Assembly: GCA_030867685.1 (NCBI GenBank)
Contig: JAQOWU010000008.1
Location: 744,001 to 808,000 of the forward strand
Length of the DNA: 64,000 nt
From: Wickerhamiella versatilis
Taxonomy: Eukaryota
Reading direction: 5' to 3'
Part shown: positions 1-10,655 of the stretch, one piece after another
How positions within the stretch are numbered: position 1 is the first letter of the stretch
How the letters are laid out: each line of letters starts with the position of its first letter
Notes under the pieces: generated by a model
Database searches by the model: none
Told to the model about the DNA's origin: nothing
What the model saw: the letters and a program-made list of their open reading frames with translations, nothing else
Translations under genes and position numbers: made by a program

Positions 1-1
1 G

Positions 2-1501
2 GAAAATACCACGCTCACGTGGTGGCAGCGACTAGTGAAGCACTTGGGAGCCTCGGCCTTCTGCACAGCGCTTTGTATTTTTTGGGCTATTCCTGTGGCC
101 TTTGTTGGTTTCATTTCTCAGCCAATACAGCTCATAAAAGTGTTTCAGAATGATCAAGGTGAGGGCTGGATGAACTGGTTGTTACCAACTTCTCAAGGTG
201 GTAAGTTCCCTGGTGTCCTGTTTGGGCTGATATCCTCTCTGCTACCCACAATTCTACTTGCTGTACTAATGATGTTGGTACCGCCTATCATTCGTAAGGC
301 AGCGAAGATCTCGGGGTGCACCAGCCTGATTGAGGTGGAATATTATACGCAGAATGTTTTCTATGCATTCCAGGTTTGTCTCACATTCCTTGTAGTTACT
401 CTGGCAAGCTCCATTCTACAATCACTATCATCGATTTTAGCAGATCCTGGTACGGTACTGAATATGTTGCACCAGAATTTGCCTGGTGCCTCGAACTTCT
501 TTATCAATTGGATGTTGCTACAGGCATTGACCGTCCCGGCTGGTGGTCTTCTTCAAATGGTTGCTCTTATCCTATTCCATCTCCTTGGTACATTGCTTGA
601 TAACACACCAAGAAAGTTGTGGACTCGTTTCAATGCTATTGGGGGTAATGGGTGGGGAACCACTTTCCCCATATATTCTACAATGGCTACTATCATGTTC
701 ACCTATTCGATCATTGCCCCTATAATAATGCCATTTGCAGCGGTGCTCTTCTTCTTTTGTTACATTGCTTGGATCAACAACTTGACCTTCGTAACTGGTA
801 AAACAAATGGCCGTGGTATATACTATGCTCGTGGGCTAAACCAGCTCTTCGTGGGTATTTACTTAGCTGAAGTGATTCTTATCGTCATGTTTATTTTTGC
901 TAAGACTTGGGGGCCGCTTGTGCTGGAGATTGTGTTCACGCTTTTCACACTTTGGTTTCAACTGCATCTCAATGAAGCATTTTCGCCTCTTCTTTATAGT
1001 CTTCCAAATTCCTTGCTGGAGGGTGGTGATCCATTTGTTGATGCACCAGAGGAGAAGAAACAAACTGAAGAGACCCCTGCCCCCACCGGTGGTCTGGTCG
1101 CGCGTTTCTTCAAACCTCATATCTTTTATACGCCTGAGAATGTAGCAAGAGAGATGCTTACCGATGAGTACTGGAATATGCCACCACAGACAGATGACAA
1201 GGATGAAAGCACTGCGTATCATAATCCAGCAGTTCACGATCCAACGCCATTGGTGTGGTTCCCTGAGGATCCTAATGGTTTTGCTGAGGAACAACTCAGA
1301 GAGCTGACAGAAGCGAAGATTTCAGCGTCCATTTCTGGTGCTCGATGGGAGATCAGTGAGAAGAAGAACAAGAAGAAAGCTAAGATGGTGGTATCTCAAG
1401 AATTATCCGAGAATCCCTTGATCCAGGTTGATCAAGGTAATCAACCTCCTCGTAACGGAACTTCTGGTGCCTTCTTCCTAAATGCTTTCTCTTTCTTGTA
1501 G
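2..1501 (+). CDS. OSCA/TMEM63 (RSN1/PHM7/CSC1-like) membrane channel, 5'-partial
   Basis: Frame is open from the window edge. Many TM helices with family motifs FWAIPVAFVG, LPGASNFF and YSIIAPII, followed by a PHM7_ext-like tail (AYHNPAV...PLVWFPEDP). Confidence 0.85.
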   Translation, partial: ENTTLTWWQRLVKHLGASAFCTALCIFWAIPVAFVGFISQPIQLIKVFQNDQGEGWMNWLLPTSQGGKFPGVLFGLISSLLPTILLAVLMMLVPPIIRKAAKISGCTSLIEVEYYTQNVFYAFQVCLTFLVVTLASSILQSLSSILADPGTVLNMLHQNLPGASNFFINWMLLQALTVPAGGLLQMVALILFHLLGTLLDNTPRKLWTRFNAIGGNGWGTTFPIYSTMATIMFTYSIIAPIIMPFAAVLFFFCYIAWINNLTFVTGKTNGRGIYYARGLNQLFVGIYLAEVILIVMFIFAKTWGPLVLEIVFTLFTLWFQLHLNEAFSPLLYSLPNSLLEGGDPFVDAPEEKKQTEETPAPTGGLVARFFKPHIFYTPENVAREMLTDEYWNMPPQTDDKDESTAYHNPAVHDPTPLVWFPEDPNGFAEEQLRELTEAKISASISGARWEISEKKNKKKAKMVVSQELSENPLIQVDQGNQPPRNGTSGAFFLNAFSFL

Positions 1502-2567
1502 TCTAGCTCGTGCATATACATTTATCAAGTAATTTGTTCTATAATTTCGTCTTAGTTATTTTACCGAAGACATGTTTCTGGATTGGCAATTGTCACCATG
1601 TTCATTAAATTTCTAAGCACAACATGGCTTATTCTTGTTTGACAGTGCTAGGAATTCCTAGCTTTCTGCGAAACTAACGGGATGCCATAGTAGAATCTAA
1701 TCCAATTTCCAAGAGCCTACTGCTGGTGACTCTAAGAGACAAACAGGTAGCTTCTACCTTGAGAGCTTTGCCCATACAGCGCATATCGTATCTAAGTTAC
1801 TAGTAACATGATACTAGCCGATATTCTTCATTCACCATATCTAGAGGTTTCTTTCTGATATATTCAGTATAGCTTTTTCTCATTACTGGTCCAAGAAAGA
1901 AGCTAATTGGGTCATTTCCTGAAGACAGAAGCTTCTGCACGATCATGATGTGAAAAAGCCATACCACCTCAACTCAACCGACCTGCTGATGCTCTGCCCA
2001 CGCTCAAATATTGACTGCGTACACCATAAATCTCTTGTAAATGTAAATGCAAGCTCCAAGAGGACGCGCTACATGTCAGCCAATTATTCCCCTCATTTTA
2101 ATGCAGTATATATGCGTCGTGACATAATTATCAAATTCCAATTCAAATGGGGCTTAGACTCTATAGTATGGTTCGATTAATGCGAGCATCGTGCAAGGTG
2201 AGGATTGATTTCTACGAAAATAGCATGAAATCAGTGATCTACATGTTTTAGGCCTTCTTGACGGAAGACAAGTCGTATCCGCAATAATGTGGGATTATGT
2301 AATAGTACCCTGGTATTAACTCGGGCGCAGTTTCGGCTGGTGTATGGTACCTCTATGCTAATATTAAGACTGAAATCGTTTTGTTTCATTTTATTTGGAT
2401 GTGGGGCCTTCTCTACAAGTGAGAAATGCGTGATGGGTACTATCCGAAGAGTCGAAACGTACTATCTCAGATGCACCTCACCTAAGCATATGCAGGGTGA
2501 ACCCTAATCCCTCTCCACAAACATATATGTCAAAGGTGTTATCCTGATCCATAGTGGTTACTTGCAT

Positions 2568-4184
2568 ATGGTGGGTCTTAAGGAAGAGAAGCTCGATATC
2601 GAGCATGTCGAAGACAACAATTCAGACAGGTCCGGCAACTTTTCTACAGACGATTATAATAGCCATGTACCTGACGACACACAGTACCAATTTCTTGGTA
2701 TGACGGGGAAAAGACTCAGAAATTCGGTCTCTCTAATGGCTGGCATGGGTTTTCTGCTTTTTGGATACGATCAAGGAGTAATGGGATCTTTGCTCACGCT
2801 GAAGTCGTTCAAGGAGACATTCCAAGACATGGATACGTCTAAGGAATTGGATGCAGCTACCAGGTCGAAGAACTCAACTTGGCAGGGATTTGTTGTTGCG
2901 GTTTATGAGATAGGGTGTTTTGCTGGTGCGATTGCAACGATGTATCTAGGTGATAAGCTTGGGCGCCGCAAAATGATTTTTATCGGTTGTATTATAATGA
3001 TTATTGGAGCTGTCATACAAACCGCATCTTATTCAAGTGGCCAACTTCTTGCAGCTAGAATTATTACTGGTATTGGTAACGGTATGAATACCGCGACAGT
3101 GCCGGTTTGGCAAGCGGAGTGCGCGAAACCAGAAGCCCGTGGACGTCTTGTAATGATTGCTGGTGCCCTTATTTCCGGTGGCATCATGATTTCCTATTGG
3201 ATTGATTTTGCTTTCTATTGGATCAAGGAAAATTCAGTTTCTTGGCGGTTCCCCCTTGCGTTTCAAATTTTGTTTCCTCTTGGCATATTACCGTTTATTC
3301 TAAAGATGCCCGAGTCTCCTCGATGGCTTCTTAAAAGAGGGAATACCAAGCAAGCGATCAAAGTTTTCTCCGCATTGGAAGGTACCCCTGCCAATGACCC
3401 AGCTATTCTTGATCAAATCAATCAGGTAGATGAATCTATTGCTGCTGAGCGCCATATAGGCGGAGAGGCGAAGAACGGAATCTACCTGCTATTTACTCAA
3501 GGGAAGCATCGCAATTTTCATCGAGCTATGCTTGGTATTTGGGCGCAAATAATGCAACAAATTTCTGGTATCAATCTTATCACGTATTATGCGGGTACTA
3601 TATTCGAACAGTACCTTGGTATGACTACCACTGTTTCAAGAATTTTAGCTGCTTGCAATGGTACTGAATATTTTATTGCGTCATGGATTGCTTTCTATAC
3701 CATTGAGCGATTCGGTAGGCGCAATTTAATGCTATTTGGGGCTGCTGGTCAGGCTATAACGATGGGAATTCTCACCGGAACGACATGGTACGAGGATAAT
3801 ACATCAGCTCTAATTGCCGCAGTAGTGTTTCTATTCGTTTTCAATACATTCTTTGCCATTGGGTGGCTTGGAATGACATGGCTATACCCTGCAGAGGTAA
3901 CTCCATTGAATGTTAGGGCCCCTGCCAACGGAATTTCAACGGCAAGTAATTGGATCTTCAATTTCATGGTAGTGATGATAACGCCAATCGCTTTTGATTC
4001 AATCAAGTCCAATACTTACACAATTTTTGCAGCTATTAATGCTCTCATGGTCCCCACAGTTTATTTCCTCTATCCAGAGACCTCAGGTAAAACCTTGGAA
4101 GATATTGATAAAATATTCGAGCAATGTGATCCCTGGAAGCCGTGGCAGGTTGTCAGAATAGCAGATGAGTTACCACGCAAATAG
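2568..4184 (+). CDS. MFS sugar porter, STL1-like glycerol/H+ symporter
   Basis: Motifs GFLLFGYDQGVM, GDKLGRR, PESPRWL, QQISGINLITYY, WLYPAEV and YPETSGKTLE. First ATG at 2568. Confidence 0.85.
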   Translation: MVGLKEEKLDIEHVEDNNSDRSGNFSTDDYNSHVPDDTQYQFLGMTGKRLRNSVSLMAGMGFLLFGYDQGVMGSLLTLKSFKETFQDMDTSKELDAATRSKNSTWQGFVVAVYEIGCFAGAIATMYLGDKLGRRKMIFIGCIIMIIGAVIQTASYSSGQLLAARIITGIGNGMNTATVPVWQAECAKPEARGRLVMIAGALISGGIMISYWIDFAFYWIKENSVSWRFPLAFQILFPLGILPFILKMPESPRWLLKRGNTKQAIKVFSALEGTPANDPAILDQINQVDESIAAERHIGGEAKNGIYLLFTQGKHRNFHRAMLGIWAQIMQQISGINLITYYAGTIFEQYLGMTTTVSRILAACNGTEYFIASWIAFYTIERFGRRNLMLFGAAGQAITMGILTGTTWYEDNTSALIAAVVFLFVFNTFFAIGWLGMTWLYPAEVTPLNVRAPANGISTASNWIFNFMVVMITPIAFDSIKSNTYTIFAAINALMVPTVYFLYPETSGKTLEDIDKIFEQCDPWKPWQVVRIADELPRK

Positions 4185-4388
4185 GATGCTGAATGAGCCT
4201 CGAGCATCAATCGTGACCAAATATCCCCTCAGTACAATCAATATTCACATAATTTATCTTAAGTGACGATTTCATGTAATAATTAATCTATTACAGAACA
4301 GCGATAATCTTAGTTACTTGAACAGTTTTTAATGTTTACTTCTATCGTTTTAGACACCTGTTGTAGTCACACTTAACATGTGAGTGAA

Positions 4389-5129
4389 TTACATTGACGA
4401 GGTAATGGTTACAGCGTTGCTTGTGGGTGTCCCACCCCCAGAGCTTACTGTGCTTTCACTGGAGGATTGAGCGGTGATTGTTACAGGATCGGCTGTCACT
4501 ACAGATTGTTGTGCAGCTGTGGTCGATATCCCTGTAATAGAGGAGGCAACCGTAGTCTCAGTGGCACTCATGGATGTAGATACCTCTACAGAGCCCTCAC
4601 TTGTGTAGGTGAGGGTTGACGCGGGATATAAAGTCACAACAACTATTGAAGTTACTGTGGCAATTCCACCTGGAATAGTACTAAAGAAGCTGATGCCGTT
4701 GCCGCCTCCTCCGTTGCCGGCACCACCATTTACTGTAGTCACGGCTTGTGTGGCTGAATTACCCATACCACCAGCTCCTGATCCACCAGAACCTGTTGGA
4801 GCCACAGTTAATGTCGAAGTATAGCCACTTCCTTCCGTTTGTATTGGCAAAGAAGTAGTGTATGTTGCAGCAGTTTGATAGTATGACGCAGAAGAGACCT
4901 CACTGCTGTAATATTGAGTCTGGGTTTGCCCAGGTATAGTTGTGAAATCCGTTTCGGTATATGACATGTCCGAGGTGTAGTATATGGTGGATTGTTGTTG
5001 GCTCTGTTGGCCACCACCTCCGAAATGAAACCAATGGTTATCTACCGCGCTTCCCTCAGGGTCATCACGTTTCTGAAGTAATGGACTGGCGATTGCCAGC
5101 GACAGAAGTGTAGTACCAAAAAAGATCAT
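4389..5129 (-). CDS. Secreted Ser/Thr/Gly-rich protein, probably cell wall or mucin-like
   Basis: Signal peptide MIFFGTTLLSLAIA, Kex2-type KR site, S/T-rich body. TATA-like element near 5155-5168. Confidence 0.7.
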   Translation of the reverse strand: MIFFGTTLLSLAIASPLLQKRDDPEGSAVDNHWFHFGGGGQQSQQQSTIYYTSDMSYTETDFTTIPGQTQTQYYSSEVSSASYYQTAATYTTSLPIQTEGSGYTSTLTVAPTGSGGSGAGGMGNSATQAVTTVNGGAGNGGGGNGISFFSTIPGGIATVTSIVVVTLYPASTLTYTSEGSVEVSTSMSATETTVASSITGISTTAAQQSVVTADPVTITAQSSSESTVSSGGGTPTSNAVTITSSM

Positions 5130-5373
5130 GATAATATGAAGACTAACATCACGCTATACATATAAAAAGGTGGGAAAAAGCCAAACTATAACTAAAATCT
5201 TAACATTCGTGCAAGTTCTGAAGGCAAATAATTAACGGCCCCTACAACGGTTCAAAGCTTATCCACCCTTGAAATCAAAAAAAAAGATTGAAGTTGGCTG
5301 AATATATTACTGCAATCATCTACTCATTGAGGAATCAACGGGCTTATACTTTGAATTACTCAATGAAACCTTA

Positions 5374-8300
5374 TTACAGATAGAGTGAAGAGCAAAATAC
5401 AATGTCACGTTTGATTCGCTCTTGAGCCAATGAAACCTTGTCATAAAGGTCAACGTCACCTATTATGCGAGCTGCAGACATAACTGCCCTGCAAACTTCA
5501 TCCAACCTGTTTATCACACGAACAATTATTCCCTCCTGCACATCTACCAAAGAAGTGATTTCACTAAAGCTCATGCCACGTGCCCATTCATATACCGCGG
5601 CCATCAGCCCAAACCTTCCTCTTTCTGCAAATTCCTCTTCTTCCATGGTGAGAGGTACCTGATTCGCCTCACTTAGGCTGTGGACGTAATTCACGATCTT
5701 GAGAAGCTGGGCTTTTCCACGATCTAACTTTGGCGTGACGTGATCTGCATCTTCAACACCCCTCATGCCCTCGAAAACAAAGGCTGATAATAAAGCGACA
5801 ATCTCCTCAGGTTCATAACTTGCAAGGAAGTTGTCAAGAATAAGTTCCGTGACGTACATTTCAAACCCTGTCGTAATTTCACAGGCAACCCGCCCTTTAA
5901 GAAGTACGTTCAGGTTAGCATCGATGTAATTTGCCTCCTTGAGAACATTGAGTCGTTGTTCATAATCGGGTAGTAGCTCGGTATTTTGTGATACACTCAA
6001 AAGTTTCAGTTGAGACATTTGTTGTTCAAGGTTACCTACCTCACCCGCAAGCATATAGTTCTGACGAATTACGGAACTTTTAGTCCCCTTAATTTGAGGT
6101 ATAACCTGTTCTCGGAGCTTCTTCTCGCACTGATCACGTTTTCCTACCGCTAGTCGAGCTTCAACAGCCTTTGTACTGGTGACATTTATCTCCTCAAAAC
6201 TTTCCCCATTATCTAGCAATAAACGCTGTGCCTCTTTCAATTTTTCTGAATCTACTGTAGGCTCCTTCTTGAGCGAAGCAGCACCGATCACTTCAATATT
6301 GCTAACAGGAACAGAGTCATGGAAACTCTTGCGCATCAAATTTTGCTGTGGAACCTGGGCAAACTCCTGGCTAAAAGGCAATAAAGGAAGCTCATTTTGA
6401 TTTCGCCCCCCATAAGCTAGACGCAAAACAACTAATGGATCACGTCTCGAACTGAGAATCATACCTGCTCGCCTCAGACCTTCTTCGCTGCGGTATATGA
6501 CAAGGTGAGTGCTAAGCTTTTTCGACAACAAAATGTTAGTATATATTTGGGTAGTGAGTTGAGAATATTCCTGACACATATACCATAGGTCAGTATAAAC
6601 TTGAGGCAAAGACTTATATTCCTTTGACTCTTGGAGCTCAACAAGCCTTGATTGGAGTAAGAGCATTTCTTTTTCGCGTTCAGGTCGTAAAGCGTATGTT
6701 GCATTTTCACTGAAACTCTGCTTGATGACGTCCTCAACCTTCACAGCTTCAATACGCAGAAGTGAGAGAATCATGGTGTAGGTTAACCTGAACTGAGATG
6801 ATAATTTTGTAGGTGTTCCAAGAATGACTGATTGCAGCATTGACTGAGGCATCACGCCATCTCCTGTATTGATAATAATCACGGTACCAACTTTGTCAAG
6901 TCCTCGTCTCCCCGCGCGGCCAGCCATTTGGGTATATTCACCAGGAGTCAAGTTACGCATATTCTTTGAATCAAATTTCCTTAAGGCAGAAAACACTACT
7001 GTTCTCGTAGGCAAATTGAGACCCATGGCAAACGTTTCAGTTGCAAAAAGCAGTTTAACTAAACCTTTAGCAAATAAAATTTCAACAACCTCCTTCAGAA
7101 TGGGAAGAAGCCCAGAGTGATGGATGCCTACGCCTCGCATAAGCATTTCACGAAGTATTTGGATTTGCGGTAAGTCTCTGTCTTCCTGCCGCAAGCGTGC
7201 TATCGCTTGGTCAACAAACATATAGACTTCAGCCTTTTCTCGGCCGGTATTTAGTTCCATTGACTGAAGACTACTAGCATGCTGCTCCACCATTTTTCTG
7301 CTAAAAACAAATACAACCGCTGGCAACAATTTTTCTTTTTTCAGGTGAGATATAAGTTCTACAAATGTTGATTTTCCCGGTGCATTATTGTTGAAACGTC
7401 CTCGCTGGGGACCTTGCTGGACCTGAAGGGCTCTATTTCCTGCAGCTCCACCCCGAAGAGTATTTTTACCCCGACCTCTGACAGCCCCTCCACCTCGTGC
7501 ATTATTTCCACCACGAGCATTGGACCCGCCACGCCCTCCGCTCTGTTGCGAATTTTTGGGTGGTTCCGGTGGAGGTGGATTAATATGGTTCGAACATGCT
7601 CGCCATCCAACTTCATTGAATTTCCGGTTTTCATTTACTATCTCAAACATCTTTTTCTTGGCCCAAAGGTAGTGCTTGAGAGGAACAGGCCGTTTGGGTG
7701 TTGCAATAACATAAACATTTTTTTCTTTCGTACGACCAACCCAATTAGCAAACTCAAAGGTGTTAGGTACTGTCGCACTAAGTAATATCAGTTTAACATG
7801 TTCAGGAAGCATAATAATGACCTCTTCCCATACCACACCTCTATCACTGTCATTCACATAATGCACCTCATCAAAAATGATAAACTCCACGTCACGAATA
7901 ATATCTGCCCCTCGGTAAAGCATAGACCGCAGAATTTCTGTGGTCATGATAAGCGTTGTGGCCTCCGGATTTAGCTGCACATCACCTGTTAGAATACCCA
8001 CGTCATCATACTCTCTACTAAAGTCTCTGTATTTCTGATTTGACAATGCCTTGATTGGTGACGTGTAGATGCATTTCGTCATATGTTTTACAGCCATACT
8101 CATAGCATATTCTGCAATCACAGTCTTACCGGCAGACGTATGTGCAGCAACAAAAACAGAATCACCCTGTTCCAGATGAAAGACCGCTTCTTTTTGAAAG
8201 TTATCAAGCTCGAAAGGCCAGGTACGAGCAGGATTGGGGACAAGCTCATTAAAGTTGTCAAATGGTTGATTCACATCAACCATATGAGCCCATTCTTTTT

Positions 8301-9000
8301 TAGCCATAACTGGAGCAGTAGAAGCAGTTTTCCGCATGAAAGTTATGGAATCTGGAAGAAGCGTATCGATCTCTGCATCAGTAGGAGTTTTTGCCGTAGC
8401 CTTAGGCATTACCTCTGTTTCCTCTGAGACGTCCTCCTCATAACGTTCTCCCTCACTATTATCCTCATCCTCATCACTCTCAGATTCATCGGCATCTCCT
8501 GGTGCCATCTCTTTTATATCACTATCTCCAGGTGTGGGCAATGAAAGCCCCCGACTCAAGCCGGGAGCGACGTCGTAAAGACCTTGGTGGCTACGATGCA
8601 AGTCTTTCTTCGATGTTCCATCATGAATTTCGAGCCCGCCAGGCGTGAACGGCATCCTTCCAGAGCGTCCGCGCACTTGATCCTTACGTGCACCCATCTG
8701 GCGGGTCAACGAGAGCGCATGAGCACCACCGGATTCAACGAATGACGGTACGGTTTCCTCTATATGCGTGATGCGACCCTCAAGCCCAACGCGCTTAAAT
8801 TTAAGCTGCGTTTGGCTTTCGTACCCAGGGAGTTGAATTAATTTTTCCAGCACAGCAGGATCATCGAAAGAAAGCTCTGGCTGGAACCTATTAAGCCATT
8901 CAGATGACAAGGCGGGTGATGGCGTCAGAAAAAGCTCCTCTAGAGCATCTTTTTCAGGCACATCCTCCTTGGCCTCTAAATCTCTTACAATAGCGTCCAT
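5374..9000 (-). CDS. SKI2: Ski2 DExH RNA helicase
   Basis: Motifs AHTSAGKT, DEVHY, SAT and QMAGRAGRRG, an RG-rich insert, and DSHCT end IKRDIVFCSSLYL. Confidence 0.95.
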   Translation of the reverse strand: MDAIVRDLEAKEDVPEKDALEELFLTPSPALSSEWLNRFQPELSFDDPAVLEKLIQLPGYESQTQLKFKRVGLEGRITHIEETVPSFVESGGAHALSLTRQMGARKDQVRGRSGRMPFTPGGLEIHDGTSKKDLHRSHQGLYDVAPGLSRGLSLPTPGDSDIKEMAPGDADESESDEDEDNSEGERYEEDVSEETEVMPKATAKTPTDAEIDTLLPDSITFMRKTASTAPVMAKKEWAHMVDVNQPFDNFNELVPNPARTWPFELDNFQKEAVFHLEQGDSVFVAAHTSAGKTVIAEYAMSMAVKHMTKCIYTSPIKALSNQKYRDFSREYDDVGILTGDVQLNPEATTLIMTTEILRSMLYRGADIIRDVEFIIFDEVHYVNDSDRGVVWEEVIIMLPEHVKLILLSATVPNTFEFANWVGRTKEKNVYVIATPKRPVPLKHYLWAKKKMFEIVNENRKFNEVGWRACSNHINPPPPEPPKNSQQSGGRGGSNARGGNNARGGGAVRGRGKNTLRGGAAGNRALQVQQGPQRGRFNNNAPGKSTFVELISHLKKEKLLPAVVFVFSRKMVEQHASSLQSMELNTGREKAEVYMFVDQAIARLRQEDRDLPQIQILREMLMRGVGIHHSGLLPILKEVVEILFAKGLVKLLFATETFAMGLNLPTRTVVFSALRKFDSKNMRNLTPGEYTQMAGRAGRRGLDKVGTVIIINTGDGVMPQSMLQSVILGTPTKLSSQFRLTYTMILSLLRIEAVKVEDVIKQSFSENATYALRPEREKEMLLLQSRLVELQESKEYKSLPQVYTDLWYMCQEYSQLTTQIYTNILLSKKLSTHLVIYRSEEGLRRAGMILSSRRDPLVVLRLAYGGRNQNELPLLPFSQEFAQVPQQNLMRKSFHDSVPVSNIEVIGAASLKKEPTVDSEKLKEAQRLLLDNGESFEEINVTSTKAVEARLAVGKRDQCEKKLREQVIPQIKGTKSSVIRQNYMLAGEVGNLEQQMSQLKLLSVSQNTELLPDYEQRLNVLKEANYIDANLNVLLKGRVACEITTGFEMYVTELILDNFLASYEPEEIVALLSAFVFEGMRGVEDADHVTPKLDRGKAQLLKIVNYVHSLSEANQVPLTMEEEEFAERGRFGLMAAVYEWARGMSFSEITSLVDVQEGIIVRVINRLDEVCRAVMSAARIIGDVDLYDKVSLAQERIKRDIVFCSSLYL

Positions 9001-9057
9001 CCCCGGGACCTGGGAATCTTAGTAACTACATCTCAATGTCTATAAAGCATAATCTCA

Positions 9058-10455
9058 TTAATAGGTATATCTCTTTGGGCGCTTCTGCTCATTCCAATGC
9101 AGTGTTTTACTTAATTGTTGAACCCAGTGAACACTTGTGTAGTCATGAGGCAAAACCTTCGGGAACGGAAACCTCGATGCTGTTATTGTGAGAAAATCTC
9201 CTTGTCGCAGCTGAATACGCTCTTTGCCATCAAATGCTGCATATGCCTCACAGCGAGCATCATAAGGGACACCAATATGAAGAATCATATTATCGGGGAG
9301 TACAAGAGGCCGGAAGCTTAAGGTATGAGGACATATGGGGCTGATTATTGTCGCTGGACAGTCGGGATGCACAAGAGAGCCACCAGTGGACATCGAATAC
9401 GCTGTTGAGCCTGTAGGTGTAGAAACGACAACCCCATCGGCTTTGATCGAGGTAAGTAATTCGTAGTTTCCATATAGCTCGGTCATGGTAATTACTGCGT
9501 TAGGGCCTCTATCAACCACAACATCATTTAAAATCACGTATTCTTCACCTTTAGTGTGGGTTGTGAAATGCGAAGTTAAACCACCTATTTCAATTTCTCT
9601 GCGCAGGGTATCCATATCTCCTTTAGTTGGATTTTTCGAGCGCATAATTGTGCATTGAAATCGCATTCGCAAAGCGCAAGAAATGCCATTCTCAAAATGG
9701 TCGCTCATAATCTCTCGAAAGAAATCAAAGTCATTCTCAGTCATAAACCCTAAGGACCCCAAGCCAAATGACATTACAGGTGGAACTGTTTTCTGGAAGA
9801 GCCACGAGGTATAAAGTACAGTGCCATCTCCGCCGAGCGCGACTATCAGATCACATTTCTCAGGATTATTGCGCAGATCATCCAAGTTCCATAATTTAAG
9901 ACATTTATCAACATTTCTATGAGCTGCAACAAGCTTCTCATAGCCAAAAGCAGGGCGTTTGGCGAGTTCATCTTGGACACTAACCTGAAGCTCCTTGAAT
10001 TGGTTTGATTCTGCTAAACCCAACAGCCAGTCAACCATCTCAGATGCACAACGTGGTAGCGCCTCATCACTTAATTTTGTGACTATAACAATTGATCTGA
10101 TAGATAAATCAAGGCAGACGTTACTCAAGGCTGTACTAATACCTCGAATATTTGTAGCCATCTCACTCAGACGTTCTTTCGAGTCAACCCAGACCATTTC
10201 ACGCTGTACCCCGGACTTGGAACGCTCCCGATGTTGGTTACCGGCGCAAGACATTAGTGATGTGGTACTAGCACTTTGTGTCAAAGGAGGACTAGAAGCT
10301 GCTGATGGTGGAAAGTGCTCACACATTGAGCTTTCCCTCAACTGCGCTTGATTTGCCAACATATTATGGATATAGACCTTCGACGAAGGTCTGCCAAATT
10401 CTTGAGGCATGCTCACCTGGCGTTCCAAGGGAGACGAGACAGCAGGCTGACACAT
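9058..10455 (-). CDS. NAD(H) kinase, Utr1/Yef1 family
   Basis: Motifs LGGDGTVL, LNDVVVDRGP, DGVVVSTPTGSTAYS and PICPHTLSFRP. Confidence 0.9.
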   Translation of the reverse strand: MCQPAVSSPLERQVSMPQEFGRPSSKVYIHNMLANQAQLRESSMCEHFPPSAASSPPLTQSASTTSLMSCAGNQHRERSKSGVQREMVWVDSKERLSEMATNIRGISTALSNVCLDLSIRSIVIVTKLSDEALPRCASEMVDWLLGLAESNQFKELQVSVQDELAKRPAFGYEKLVAAHRNVDKCLKLWNLDDLRNNPEKCDLIVALGGDGTVLYTSWLFQKTVPPVMSFGLGSLGFMTENDFDFFREIMSDHFENGISCALRMRFQCTIMRSKNPTKGDMDTLRREIEIGGLTSHFTTHTKGEEYVILNDVVVDRGPNAVITMTELYGNYELLTSIKADGVVVSTPTGSTAYSMSTGGSLVHPDCPATIISPICPHTLSFRPLVLPDNMILHIGVPYDARCEAYAAFDGKERIQLRQGDFLTITASRFPFPKVLPHDYTSVHWVQQLSKTLHWNEQKRPKRYTY

Positions 10456-10655
10456 ATTCTTCCTGTACTGGCACCCAATTTACTGCTGCAAAGATTGAAT
10501 TGGCGGGTAAAGTACTATAAAATCACGATGCAAAAGTCTTTAAGCGTATCAAAACCATTTAAATGAAGACAAGACGCCAGCATGCAGCTAGCGGTTTCAT
10601 ACGAAACCCGTTTTGTAATTTCTACCTACATTGAAGCTGACACATACTGATATGA

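Noticed and set aside
1502-2567. About 1 kb gap with short ORFs before the sugar transporter
   Set aside because: No coding, RNA or repeat signal recognised. Long promoters are usual for transporter genes.
5010-5075. Alpha-pheromone-like peptide (KR...HWFHFGGGGQ)
   Set aside because: Single copy, no X-A/X-P spacer run, no closing KR, and followed by a long S/T-rich domain.
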